Shown one piece after another: positions 22,783-31,542 of a stretch of DNA of 32,000 nucleotides. The DNA is taken from assembly GCA_963718585.1 (NCBI GenBank), contig OY970357.1, positions 1,020,001 to 1,052,000 on the forward strand. Reading direction: 5' to 3'. Made by a program: the position numbers and the translations under genes. The DNA comes from Candidatus Saccharimonadota bacterium. GTDB taxonomy: Bacteria > Patescibacteriota > Patescibacteriia > 2-12-FULL-60-25. The notes below the pieces were generated by a model, which worked only from the letters and a program-made list of their open reading frames with translations, was not told where the DNA came from and did no database searches. Numbering within the stretch: position 1 is the stretch's first letter; every line of letters begins with the position of its first letter.

Positions 22783-23898
22783 TCAGGAAAATGTCGCGGC
22801 GTAGAACCGGACGCCCGGATCTTTCACACGGATCTCGACTGTATGCCGACCGGCATCCGAAAAGGACGCGATGTCGTACAAGGTGGAGACATTCACGGTG
22901 AGGTCTTTGGTCTTCACTCCATCCACGTAGACTTCAAGCTGTTTGTCCGTTCCATCCGCTGCGTCCATGACGATATGGAGAGTGTTCGCTTGAACATTGA
23001 AACGGAAGACGTTTCCAGGTGCATTTGCTTCGATATACTCCGGATCGAACGTCCAGTTCCCGCCGGCAGTCCATTGGTTCGGAGCGACTGAGTCTGCGGC
23101 TGTGAGATCCACCGGGGAGTTGGCCGCGCCAGGTGTTCCCATGAACGCATCACCGCGTGAAAGACCGAAGTAGGTTTCCGGCGTCTGGACCTTTGAGAGA
23201 TCCGGAGATGGGACGGCTTCACCCATGGGAGAGAGGTCGACGCCCGATGCTTCGGCGAGCAGAGAACGGATCGCTTCCTCACTTTGGTCATATTCGCCTT
23301 CGCCGAAGTGCGTACGGCGGAGGTGACCCTGTCGGTCAAAGAAATATTCCGCCGGCCAATACCGATTGTTATAGGCGTTCCAGGTGTCGTAGTTCGGGTC
23401 AAGGGCGACCGGGTATTCGATGCCGTTCTTGGTGATCTCGCGCCCGACGTTATTTGGGTCCGCTTCAAAAGCGAACTCTGGCGTATGTACGCCGACGATC
23501 ACGAGTCCTTGATCCTTGTATTTGGCGTACATGGATTTGAGGAAGGGGTAGGTCCGGATGCAGTTGATGCAGGAGTAGGTCCAGAAATCCACGAGCACGA
23601 CCTTTCCTTTAAGCGATTCCGGCGTAAGCGGCTCGCCATCCGGTGTGTTCCACCATTTGGTGATGCCCTGGAATGTCGGCATGTGGTCCGCGAGGATGGG
23701 TAGGCTTGAGGGCGTTCCGACCGATGGTCCGCTCGCAAGCCCGGTCGTGGTCTGTGGTGGGATGGGCTGCGTCTGTCGCGGGGTGGTCACGGCCGTCGTG
23801 CCGGACATCTCCATTTTGGGACCAAGGGCAGAAATGGCGAATGCACCGACGATGAGTGCGGCAAAGACGATGAGGACGATCTTGGTGGGACGGGTCAT
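22783..23898 (-). CDS. membrane-anchored thioredoxin-fold protein, DipZ C-terminal-like
   Basis: N-terminal TM. The redoxin domain has WTYSCINC (CxxC) and VIVGVHTPEF. The C-terminal beta-rich domain resembles that of DipZ-type proteins. Confidence 0.85.
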   Translation of the reverse strand: MTRPTKIVLIVFAALIVGAFAISALGPKMEMSGTTAVTTPRQTQPIPPQTTTGLASGPSVGTPSSLPILADHMPTFQGITKWWNTPDGEPLTPESLKGKVVLVDFWTYSCINCIRTYPFLKSMYAKYKDQGLVIVGVHTPEFAFEADPNNVGREITKNGIEYPVALDPNYDTWNAYNNRYWPAEYFFDRQGHLRRTHFGEGEYDQSEEAIRSLLAEASGVDLSPMGEAVPSPDLSKVQTPETYFGLSRGDAFMGTPGAANSPVDLTAADSVAPNQWTAGGNWTFDPEYIEANAPGNVFRFNVQANTLHIVMDAADGTDKQLEVYVDGVKTKDLTVNVSTLYDIASFSDAGRHTVEIRVKDPGVRFYAATFS

Positions 23899-23902
23899 AG
23901 GT

Positions 23903-24616
23903 CTAGAGATTCAAGTTGAGGTTGGGGAAGAGCCACGGTGCATTCGTGATGAGCCACGCTTGGACGTCGCGGTCCACGCCTGTCAGGAGACCGATCGCGA
24001 CAAGGATGATCAGGACGCCGAACACTCGCTGGATCGCAGCGCCGTATTTGGCGAGCGAACGGGCATGGATGGCCGCCGCTTGTCCGCCATATGCGATGAG
24101 CAGCATGGGAACACCTGCGCCAAGCGCATAGGCGAAGAGGAGCGACCCGGCTTGCAGGAGATCTTGCTTGCTGGCGACGAGGGTCAGGATCGATCCGAGG
24201 ACCGGACCTGCGCACGGGGACCAGACGGCCCCAAGGGAAACACCCAAAAGAAAACCGCTCCAGAGCCCGGTGTCCGCGAGGTCAGGTTTTGGGCTCGCTC
24301 GGTGCAGGATGGGTTGGATCTTCACGAAGATCGCTTCCTGTAACTTAGGGAAGAGCATTACCACCCCGAAGAGACCGATGACGATCGCCGCGATGGTGCG
24401 GAAGGTGTCCGGTTTGATGCCGAGGACCGTTCCGAAGAGGCCAAAGGCCACGGCCAGGACACTGAATGAAAGGATGAACCCAAGGATGATGAACAATGGA
24501 CGGGACTTGTGCGCACGAACGGTCGAGGTTCCCAAGATGATGGGCAAAAGCGGGAGAATGCAGGGTCCGGCGATGGTCACGATGCCGGCCAAAAAGGCGA
24601 AAAGGAAGAGGGTCAT
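23903..24616 (-). CDS. ccdA: cytochrome c-type biogenesis / thiol-disulfide transporter CcdA (DsbD-family TM domain)
   Basis: Start set to MTLFLFAFLAGIVTIAGPCILPLLP. The two conserved Cys are in the PCxxP and SPCAGP contexts. Six TM segments. Confidence 0.9.
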   Translation of the reverse strand: MTLFLFAFLAGIVTIAGPCILPLLPIILGTSTVRAHKSRPLFIILGFILSFSVLAVAFGLFGTVLGIKPDTFRTIAAIVIGLFGVVMLFPKLQEAIFVKIQPILHRASPKPDLADTGLWSGFLLGVSLGAVWSPCAGPVLGSILTLVASKQDLLQAGSLLFAYALGAGVPMLLIAYGGQAAAIHARSLAKYGAAIQRVFGVLIILVAIGLLTGVDRDVQAWLITNAPWLFPNLNLNL

Positions 24617-24681
24617 ATCGCTGATAGTATGGCATGCATACCTGGATAGCCCAACCAGCGGTTTTATGGGAGGATACGTCC

Positions 24682-26133
24682 ATGAATCGTCGGAATCTGC
24701 GACGCGGAAAAGGCATGCTCCGGTGGATGGTCCGTATGGGACTCGCGTTCGCGGTATCCATATCTGTGATCCCTGTAGCGCAGGCCCACCCCTTGGATGT
24801 GGCGTATTTGGATTTTGGGCATACGAGTTCGTCGCCCCTGCTTTTGACGGTCGCCGTCCATCCATATCAGGCATTCGAGCTCGTGCGCGGCGGTTCGGGG
24901 GAACGTTTTGATCTGAAGCAGTTGCAGGCGCACGGAGACCTCATCACGGCATTTGTCGAAGACCATGTTGAGGTGTCCCGTGACGGGAGGTCGTGCACCT
25001 GGCGTCCGTCGGATGCGCACACGCCTGATACCGAACTCGATGCCGTCGCAGATGGCGTCACGGTCGCGGGTGACCTCGCCTGCGCGGGAACGGGTCCGCT
25101 CACGGTCACGACGGACCTGTTCCTCGAGGGTTTCCCGAGTCAGACGAACATCGTTCGACTTGAATATCCGAATGGGTTCGCCGATAAGGCGACGCTTGGT
25201 CGGACGACGCGTTCCACGCCATTGGATATCTCGCCCTTATTTACATCTGCGACACCCACGTCGACCGCCGCGACCGAAGGGCGTCGTCCGGATGCCGCGA
25301 TCGTTGCGGTCGCCAAACGTGCACTCGATCCCGGAGTCGGAATATGGGGCTTCCTCGGGATCCTTTTTGCGGCGGCGGCGATCGGCGCATTGCATGCGTT
25401 GGGTCCGGGTCATGGAAAATCGCTCATGGCTGCGACGCTTGTCGGTTCACGTGCCACGCTCGGCCGGGTGCTCGCATTGGGGTCTGTCATGACGCTGACC
25501 CACGTGTCCGACGTCTTTGTGATGGCGCTTCTCGCTGGGACGATCGCGGCGATCATCCCTCCGACGACGTTATTGATCTGGCTCTCACTCGTCTCCGCCG
25601 TCGGGCTCACCGGTTTGGGGCTCTTCAATCTGTGGCGCGCAGTGATCCGCTACCGCTTCGTGCGTCATGACATGGCGTTTGCGGATGATGATGAAGCACA
25701 TCTCCGTGCCCATCAGCTTGGCCTCCCTCATACGCATGAGCATGCGCATGAACACGTACACGAACATGGATCTAGAATCTTGAATCTAGAATCGAGAAGT
25801 TCAGGCTCGGACGATCCAAGATCCAAGATTCCAGATTCTAGCTTCCGTCATACCCTCTGGCTCGGATTCGTCGGCTCGCTCGCGCCGTGCCCCACGGCAT
25901 GGGCGGTCTTCATGGCCACGCTTGCCTCGGGTCGGCTGGCGATCGGCGTCGCCCTCCTTGTTGCGTTCACCGTCGGTCTCTATGCGACCATCCTCACTGT
26001 CGGGTTGCTCCTTGTCGCATCGAGTTCCTTTGCACTGAAGCGTACGCCCGCTCGCGTCGTCTATGCGATGCCGATCCTTTCCGCCCTCGTCATCACCGGG
26101 TTAGGTGTGGCATTCTTATGGAATCTCATATGA
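24682..26133 (+). CDS. NicO/RcnA-family nickel/cobalt transporter with N-terminal extracytoplasmic domain
   Basis: GGGAGGA precedes ATG 24682. Signal-like N-terminus, a ~210-aa extra domain, the signature HALGPGHGK, the His-rich loop HTHEHAHEHVHEH, and C-terminal TMs with APCP. Confidence 0.8.
   Translation: MNRRNLRRGKGMLRWMVRMGLAFAVSISVIPVAQAHPLDVAYLDFGHTSSSPLLLTVAVHPYQAFELVRGGSGERFDLKQLQAHGDLITAFVEDHVEVSRDGRSCTWRPSDAHTPDTELDAVADGVTVAGDLACAGTGPLTVTTDLFLEGFPSQTNIVRLEYPNGFADKATLGRTTRSTPLDISPLFTSATPTSTAATEGRRPDAAIVAVAKRALDPGVGIWGFLGILFAAAAIGALHALGPGHGKSLMAATLVGSRATLGRVLALGSVMTLTHVSDVFVMALLAGTIAAIIPPTTLLIWLSLVSAVGLTGLGLFNLWRAVIRYRFVRHDMAFADDDEAHLRAHQLGLPHTHEHAHEHVHEHGSRILNLESRSSGSDDPRSKIPDSSFRHTLWLGFVGSLAPCPTAWAVFMATLASGRLAIGVALLVAFTVGLYATILTVGLLLVASSSFALKRTPARVVYAMPILSALVITGLGVAFLWNLI
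25768..25842 (+). repeat. low-GC imperfect inverted repeat inside the NicO His-rich loop coding region
   Basis: The left arm CTAGAATCTTGAATCT matches the reverse complement of the right arm (CTAGAATCTGGAATCT) at 15 of 16 positions. Internal direct repeats are TCTAGAATC x2 and GATCCAA x2. Confidence 0.5.
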
Positions 26134-26789
26134 AGATCACGGCATCCCATCTCCGGAACCTCAAGGAGACCCTCCTGGTGATCACGGTCATCTATTTCTA
26201 CGGCCTCGCCTTTGCTTTGGGATTCGATAAGCCGACGTTCGGTGCGGATCAGCCGTCCGTCTTTCTCTTCATGGCGGGTTTGTTCTTTTTCGCCCTCGCT
26301 CTGGAAGGTATCCTGACTTGGTGGGACCGATCGCGGGCGATCCTCTGGTGGACGCTCTGGATCCTTTCGTATGCGGTGATCGGTTTTGTCGTCGCGCCAC
26401 GGATCTTCGGTCAGGGTGTTTTGATCTTTGTCTATCTTGAGCCGGTCATCGTTGCGCTTGTCGGGGGATTCGCCTTCGCCGCAGGCTGGATCGTCGCGGG
26501 AGAGATCCTTCCTGCGCAGCGGCTCTCTGCTGAACGGATCCGCGCACGGCTCACGCGGCTCCCCGGATGGGAACTTCATGACGACGCGATCGCGAGGACG
26601 TATGCCTTCAAAGACTTCTCCGATGCGTTGAACTTCGTGAATCGGGCGGCGCGAGCGCTTGCACGATCGCCGCATTTGCCGGCGTTTGATATCCGTTTTG
26701 AAAAAGTGACGGTCACCTGCACGACGCCGGACGGACAGGGGGTCACGGAACGGGACCTGTTCATGGCGCATCAGGTCGACGCATTGTAG
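26130..26789 (+). CDS. membrane-anchored pterin-4a-carbinolamine dehydratase (PCD/DCoH)-like protein
   Basis: The ATG at 26130 overlaps the NicO stop (ATGA). The N-terminal ~125 aa hold four hydrophobic helices. The C-terminal ~95 aa match the PCD pattern (LPGWEL...IARTYAFKDFSDALNFVNRAA...HLPAFDIRFEKVTVTCTT...GVTERDLFMAHQVD). Confidence 0.65.
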   Translation: MKITASHLRNLKETLLVITVIYFYGLAFALGFDKPTFGADQPSVFLFMAGLFFFALALEGILTWWDRSRAILWWTLWILSYAVIGFVVAPRIFGQGVLIFVYLEPVIVALVGGFAFAAGWIVAGEILPAQRLSAERIRARLTRLPGWELHDDAIARTYAFKDFSDALNFVNRAARALARSPHLPAFDIRFEKVTVTCTTPDGQGVTERDLFMAHQVDAL

Positions 26790-26894
26790 TATTTCGTCAA
26801 AATCAAAACCCCCGGGTGGCCCGTCTTGGTGTCCGCCGAAGCGGACTGGGAAAAGTCGGTACCCGAGGGTGATGCCACGATACGTGGTGTGGTC

Positions 26895-26929
26895 GGAAAA
26901 GAAAACCCGTCTGCTTTGGGCAGACGGGT
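26895..26929 (-). terminator. rho-independent terminator after the 91-aa gene
   Basis: ACCCGTCTGC-tttgg-GCAGACGGGT. The minus strand continues TTTCTTTTCC. Confidence 0.65.
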
Positions 26930-26934
26930 GAGGA

Positions 26935-27210
26935 TCAGCCGCGTTGGTACAACTGATATGTGACGGTCGCGTCTCGTTCCTCGAGCCTTCTTGCGTCGAG
27001 ACCAGCGATCGTGGAGATGAGCGTAACGAGGTCGCCCGTCTCTTTGAACCCGAACGTGAAGTTCAAGAGGATCTTGTCGTCATCCATGCGATTCTTGAGC
27101 GAGCTGACCCCGCGGACGAATTTCACGGTCCGGTCATCGAACGAAAAGATGACCATATCGCCGTCCGTGAGATGTGTCGGCTTACGATCAAGGAACAGAC
27201 CAGTAAACAT
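26935..27210 (-). CDS. hypothetical small protein (91 aa)
   Basis: AGGAG lies 6 nt before ATG 27210 (MFTGLFLDRKPTHL...). No family recognised. Confidence 0.6.
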   Translation of the reverse strand: MFTGLFLDRKPTHLTDGDMVIFSFDDRTVKFVRGVSSLKNRMDDDKILLNFTFGFKETGDLVTLISTIAGLDARRLEERDATVTYQLYQRG

Positions 27211-27253
27211 CGAGACTCCTTTCGTGGAAGGTCCAGGAAGAGGGAGGCTACAA

Positions 27254-27280
27254 CAAAAAAGCCGCCGTGTCAACGGCGGC
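27254..27280 (-). terminator. rho-independent terminator after the baeRF-like gene
   Basis: GCCGCCG-tgtcaa-CGGCGGC. The minus strand continues TTTTTTG. Confidence 0.6.
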
Positions 27281-27300
27281 GGTCCTGTCCCTATGTCCGA

Positions 27301-27734
27301 TCACGCGGCTCGCGCCCGACGAATGATCTCCAAAGGCGATTCCTGCATCAGGTCCGCATGGAGACGTTTCACGATGAGGGGTGCGATATCGTTCGGGAGG
27401 TCTGCACTGAGCGCATGTTCCACCTTGGCAGGCATGACGAGATAGATGTGCGCGATCGTGTGTTCACGGGTGAGATGGGTGATCCGTTCGACCAGATCAT
27501 GGATGTAGTGCTGGAAACGCGGACCATCGTCCGGTGTGTCGGATCCACCCAACCGCGTCCCGTCGGAAGACAGGGGAGGTCGTTCTGACCCTTCGTTCGT
27601 TTCGTGCGGCAAGCTCACGCCATCAAGTTCATCCATCGCGTCGCCGCCGATGAGCCAGAATTTCGCAGAGACCGTGTCGCTTGTGACGAGCAGGGTGGTG
27701 GATGGAAAATGTTGGAGGTCTTCAGGAAGTTGCA
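27301..27734 (-). CDS. host-attachment-protein / baeRF (eRF1-like) family protein
   Basis: 144 aa starting 3 nt after the gpsA stop. TTLLVTSDTVSAKFWL ... RFQHYIHDLVERITHL ... IYLVMPAKVEHALSADL ... LHADLMQESPLEI follows the block order of host-attachment (baeRF) proteins. Recognised from memory only. Confidence 0.5.
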
Positions 27735-27737
27735 TAG

Positions 27738-28733
27738 TCAGGAGAGTTTCAAACGAGTGAGATAGGCGACAAACGGTCTTTCGAAATGGTGCGTGTTCCG
27801 CAGACACTTGGCAACCGTGTCCATGAGCGGGGTCTTCACGTGGAGTCGGCGCGCGAGTTTTCGGGCGTTCCGTGTCGCGACGATCCCTTCGACGGTCGTA
27901 AGACCAAGATCCCGCGGGTCTTTCGTTTTGGATCCGACGAGCCGTTCGCCGTAGGTCCGATTTCGTCCATATGGGGAGAATCCCGTGACGAGGAGATCGC
28001 CGATCCCCGCAAGGGTGAGCACAGTGCGAGGATCCGCGCCCGCGGCTTTGAGGAGGGCCTCCATCTCTTCGACGGCGAGCGTGAGGAGCATCGCCTTCGT
28101 GTTCATGGGGAAGTGGAGACCATCGCACATGCCGAGGAGGATCGCATAGACATTCTTGAGCGCCATGCAATAGCCGACACCGAGGGTGTCTGATGAAACG
28201 GCGGCTTTGATGCTGTCGCCGTGAAAGAGTTTCGCGATCCGCGTCGCTGCCGCATGGTCCTTCGATGCGATGACGAGCGCAGCCGGATGACCATGGGCGA
28301 GTTCGATCGCGACCGCTGGACCGCCCAAAACACACAGACGTCGCCGCATCGACGCGGGAAGAAATGGTCTGAATGCATCCGCCACGGGAAGGAGACAGTC
28401 TGGATCAAGACCCTTGGAAAAGGACGCGATAAGGGTCTTCGGTGCAAGGAATGGGAGCGCAAGGGTCAGTGTCTCTTTGATCGCCGTGCTTGGGACGGCG
28501 ACGAAGATCGTCTCTATACCCGCGACGGCTTCAGCGACATTGTCAAAGGCGGTGACCTGCGCGGGAAGGCGAATGCCTTTCAGGTATTTCTCATTGCGAT
28601 GACGACGATTGATGTCCTGCGTGACATCCGGTTCGATAGAGAAGAGCCGTACGTCGTATTTCTTTTTTGCGAACAGCACCGCAAGGGCGGTCGCTGCGTT
28701 TCCGGCACCCAAGATGGCGATGGATCTGCGCAT
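27738..28733 (-). CDS. gpsA: NAD(P)H-dependent glycerol-3-phosphate dehydrogenase
   Basis: N-terminal Rossmann motif IAILGAGNAATALA, then NEKYLKGIRLP, KGLD, and a C-terminal GpsA-type domain (GRNRTYGERLG). Confidence 0.95.
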   Translation of the reverse strand: MRRSIAILGAGNAATALAVLFAKKKYDVRLFSIEPDVTQDINRRHRNEKYLKGIRLPAQVTAFDNVAEAVAGIETIFVAVPSTAIKETLTLALPFLAPKTLIASFSKGLDPDCLLPVADAFRPFLPASMRRRLCVLGGPAVAIELAHGHPAALVIASKDHAAATRIAKLFHGDSIKAAVSSDTLGVGYCMALKNVYAILLGMCDGLHFPMNTKAMLLTLAVEEMEALLKAAGADPRTVLTLAGIGDLLVTGFSPYGRNRTYGERLVGSKTKDPRDLGLTTVEGIVATRNARKLARRLHVKTPLMDTVAKCLRNTHHFERPFVAYLTRLKLS

Positions 28734-28748
28734 AGCGCCGCAAGGATA

Positions 28749-30350
28749 TCACGGCTGCGATGCCTCGTTGTGCATATCGCGTTGTTCGAAGATCGCGGCT
28801 TGGCCAAAGGTCGCGACGATCGACCATCCGCTCGGCGCGAGCAGATGTTGAAATCGTTCCGTGGATGATACGGACGTCGTGAGAAAGTCGGTCACGGTCG
28901 CGGATGTCAGGATCCGACCCGCGGTCGACGTTGAGATCGTTGCGAGAAGCTCATTCCATTGGACGCGTTTTTCGGCGTACGATGGGGTCTCATGATCATG
29001 GCCCATCCAGACGGTGCGGAGCGTTTCTGGCGGTGTCCAGACATTCGTCCAGAGATCGTCCGTCAGCAGGACCGCGTTCGAAGGGGTGTGGAAGCGGATC
29101 CAATCCCAGGCATGAAAGACGTCATGCGTTGCGTAAAGATACTGCCTCGTCTCCGGACCGGCAGCCCATGCGGCTTGGGATAAAAGGAGCTGAAGGGGGG
29201 AGAGACCGGCGACCAGAAGCAGGATCAAGACCATCAGCCAACGCAACGGTCCACGGACCAGATCATCGCGGATCGCGGCCCATGCCGGTAGGGTGAGGAG
29301 AACGAGTCCGATCCCGCACGCCTCGACGAATTTTCGCGACCAGGGGACGGGAAGAAAGAGACAGAGACCCGCAGCCACGAACCAGAAGAGGATCCATTGT
29401 TCATCTTTCGTGAGGCGGATCCGATGGGACCAGCGCCATCCGAGCGCGACGGCGAATGGTAGGAGGGTGAACGTCCAGGCGAGCGGCGGCGGGAGCGGAA
29501 GGCGATTCACGATCAGATGATGCGATCGAAAGACGGGGTCGAAGGCGAGCGGAAGATAGATCGCGGCGGCAGGGATGAGCGCAAAGAGGGTCAACGCGAT
29601 TGCCGCGAAGAACCGTTTCCATGTCAGCGTACGACGGAATGGGATCAGGAGGAGCGTCTCATAGATCAGAAGAAGCGGGACGAAGTACGGATGAAAAGAA
29701 AGAAGGATGGCGGAGGAGGCGACGGCGATCAGGATCGGCCGAGGCTTGCGGGTCTCGCATGCGAGCCAGATGCCCCGAAGGGCGAGGAGGAGGAGTCCGA
29801 AGGAGGCGATGAGATGACCGCTCTGCAGGAGTGCGGGGAAGAGACTGAACTCAAATCCGACGTCCGGTGCTGGGAGCGTACCCCACGTCCAGGCATGGTG
29901 GACGGTGAGCCAGATCGTATAGAACGAGCCGCCACCGACGCCGAGGACGGAGAGGAGCAGAAAGAGTCGTACGTTGCGCTCGGATATCCGCATGCTTCGT
30001 GCGAGCCACCACAGGACGAAGACCACGAAGAACGTAAAGAGACCGATCGCTGCAGCGTAGATCTGGGTTCCGGTCAGTCCGATCCGAGAGATGATCCCGA
30101 GTGTGGACCAAAATGGATCAAAACGCGGCGCATGAGGTTCGATCGCGTAGAGGTCTTTGAGGAGTGGCGACCCATGGGCGGCCTGCCCGATCTCTGAAAG
30201 GTAGACGGCCGTGTCACTGGGGGATCCGATGGTGTCCCCAAGCCAACGCATCCCTGGAGGGGCGCCGGTGGCAAGAAGGGCGAAGACCGTGGCTTCAAGG
30301 GCGACCAGTGCAAGGCCGACAAGGAGTGGAAAGGCCCAGGAACGGCGCAT
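28749..30350 (-). CDS. polytopic membrane protein, possibly a GT-C-type (ArnT/PMT-like) glycosyltransferase
   Basis: 533 aa with more than 10 hydrophobic segments and a soluble C-terminal domain. The family assignment rests on topology only. Confidence 0.5.
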   Translation of the reverse strand: MRRSWAFPLLVGLALVALEATVFALLATGAPPGMRWLGDTIGSPSDTAVYLSEIGQAAHGSPLLKDLYAIEPHAPRFDPFWSTLGIISRIGLTGTQIYAAAIGLFTFFVVFVLWWLARSMRISERNVRLFLLLSVLGVGGGSFYTIWLTVHHAWTWGTLPAPDVGFEFSLFPALLQSGHLIASFGLLLLALRGIWLACETRKPRPILIAVASSAILLSFHPYFVPLLLIYETLLLIPFRRTLTWKRFFAAIALTLFALIPAAAIYLPLAFDPVFRSHHLIVNRLPLPPPLAWTFTLLPFAVALGWRWSHRIRLTKDEQWILFWFVAAGLCLFLPVPWSRKFVEACGIGLVLLTLPAWAAIRDDLVRGPLRWLMVLILLLVAGLSPLQLLLSQAAWAAGPETRQYLYATHDVFHAWDWIRFHTPSNAVLLTDDLWTNVWTPPETLRTVWMGHDHETPSYAEKRVQWNELLATISTSTAGRILTSATVTDFLTTSVSSTERFQHLLAPSGWSIVATFGQAAIFEQRDMHNEASQP

Positions 30351-30354
30351 GGAG

Positions 30355-31464
30355 CTATTTCACCAGCGGGACGATGAAGGAGACGGCCGAAACCGTGCCA
30401 TCTGACGCCGTCCGTTGCCCGCTCGCGAAGAGGGACGGAATGAGATAGATCGTCCGGATGCCGGATCGATCTTCCTCGAACTGGAGGGAGGCGAAGTCGA
30501 TCTGCGTGATGATGGCGGAGCCGGAAAGCTTTGAAAGCCCGCCGGAGAGTAATCGTTGTTTGGCTTCCTCTGCCGTGATGGCGGGATAATCAGACCGATC
30601 CGGATCCGAATAGAGATTCAGGTGTCCATCGATGACCTTTCCGCTTGTCGTATCGAGGACAAGGTCGATGCCATCGACGCTTCGGGCGTCTGTCGTCACC
30701 ACATCGCGTTGATCAACGAGTGCGTGATAGCGGACAACGACCCGTGATGGAAATTCCGGTGTGACGCATGTCGTTGAGGCGGCGAGGGGAAGGGGTGGGG
30801 GTCCGCTGGCAAGGAGAGGTTCAGACGTGCCGATGGCATGGATCCGCGTCAGGGTCGCGGTGTCCATGCAGTACCCCATCGCCTTGGCTTGGAGCCACCA
30901 GTTATTCCAATCCGGATCCACGACACCGGCGCGATAGGTATCTGAGGAAATGCCAGACGCGATGAGGAAGCCATTCGCATTGCTGATGAGTTGATCGTTC
31001 TGCGGCAGTGTGGTGACCGTGAATGGGCGTGCGGTCACCGAGGCTTCGGAAAAATCCAATGAGCGGTCGTCCGCGTGATAGATCCAGTGACGTCCCTGAT
31101 CATCGGTCCAATCGAGAGCGAGATTACTTTCCGTTGGTGCATTTGAGACCACCCCGGTCGGGATCCCGAGCGCGGATGTCAGATTGCGGAGCTCGATATC
31201 ATTCGGCGTTCCGCGACGCAGGCGGATGACAGTCACGTAGCCCGGGACGGGCGGGATCTCCGCGTTCAGGGTGACGGCCAGCTTTCCGCTTCCCGTTGGG
31301 ATCGATGGCAAGGTTCCGAAGCCATTTTGTCTTGGGACGATGATGTCCGATGTACTGGTCGCGAGTTGCTCAGCTGTCCGCGGGACATTCGGGGTCGTGA
31401 AGCAACCGGCCCCAAGCAGGGCGATCAAGGCCGCGAGGGTCAGGAGACGGGGCGTCGGGGTCAT
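30355..31464 (-). CDS. hypothetical lipoprotein
   Basis: Start set to MTPTPRLLTLAALIALLGAGC (signal peptide with lipobox-like Cys). No family recognised. The gene ends 4 nt before the next gene. Confidence 0.6.
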   Translation of the reverse strand: MTPTPRLLTLAALIALLGAGCFTTPNVPRTAEQLATSTSDIIVPRQNGFGTLPSIPTGSGKLAVTLNAEIPPVPGYVTVIRLRRGTPNDIELRNLTSALGIPTGVVSNAPTESNLALDWTDDQGRHWIYHADDRSLDFSEASVTARPFTVTTLPQNDQLISNANGFLIASGISSDTYRAGVVDPDWNNWWLQAKAMGYCMDTATLTRIHAIGTSEPLLASGPPPLPLAASTTCVTPEFPSRVVVRYHALVDQRDVVTTDARSVDGIDLVLDTTSGKVIDGHLNLYSDPDRSDYPAITAEEAKQRLLSGGLSKLSGSAIITQIDFASLQFEEDRSGIRTIYLIPSLFASGQRTASDGTVSAVSFIVPLVK

Positions 31465-31542
31465 ACCCGTGCAGTGTACCTTGTCGGTCCTAGCCTGAGA
31501 ACGTGCGATTGACGGTTGTTCCGGATGGTGCCCATACTGGCC

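Noticed and set aside
24617-24681. ATGCAT/GCATGC-containing quasi-palindrome between ccdA and the NicO gene, as a metal-regulator operator
   Set aside because: The dyad is short and imperfect, no regulator gene is adjacent, and it does not match any operator I can name.
26790-26894. Nested hairpins (CCCGGGT...GTCCGC-cgaa-GCGGAC...ACCCGAGGG) after the PCD-like gene, as a possible riboswitch or sRNA
   Set aside because: It sits in a convergent intergenic region with no downstream gene on either strand. It is most simply the 3' end structure or terminator of the NicO/PCD transcript, and no known riboswitch core was recognised.
27735-28335. N-terminal 200 codons of the 344-aa minus ORF 27301-28335
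   Set aside because: This part overlaps gpsA in another frame and is Arg-rich nonsense. Only the distal 144 codons after the gpsA stop look like a real protein.
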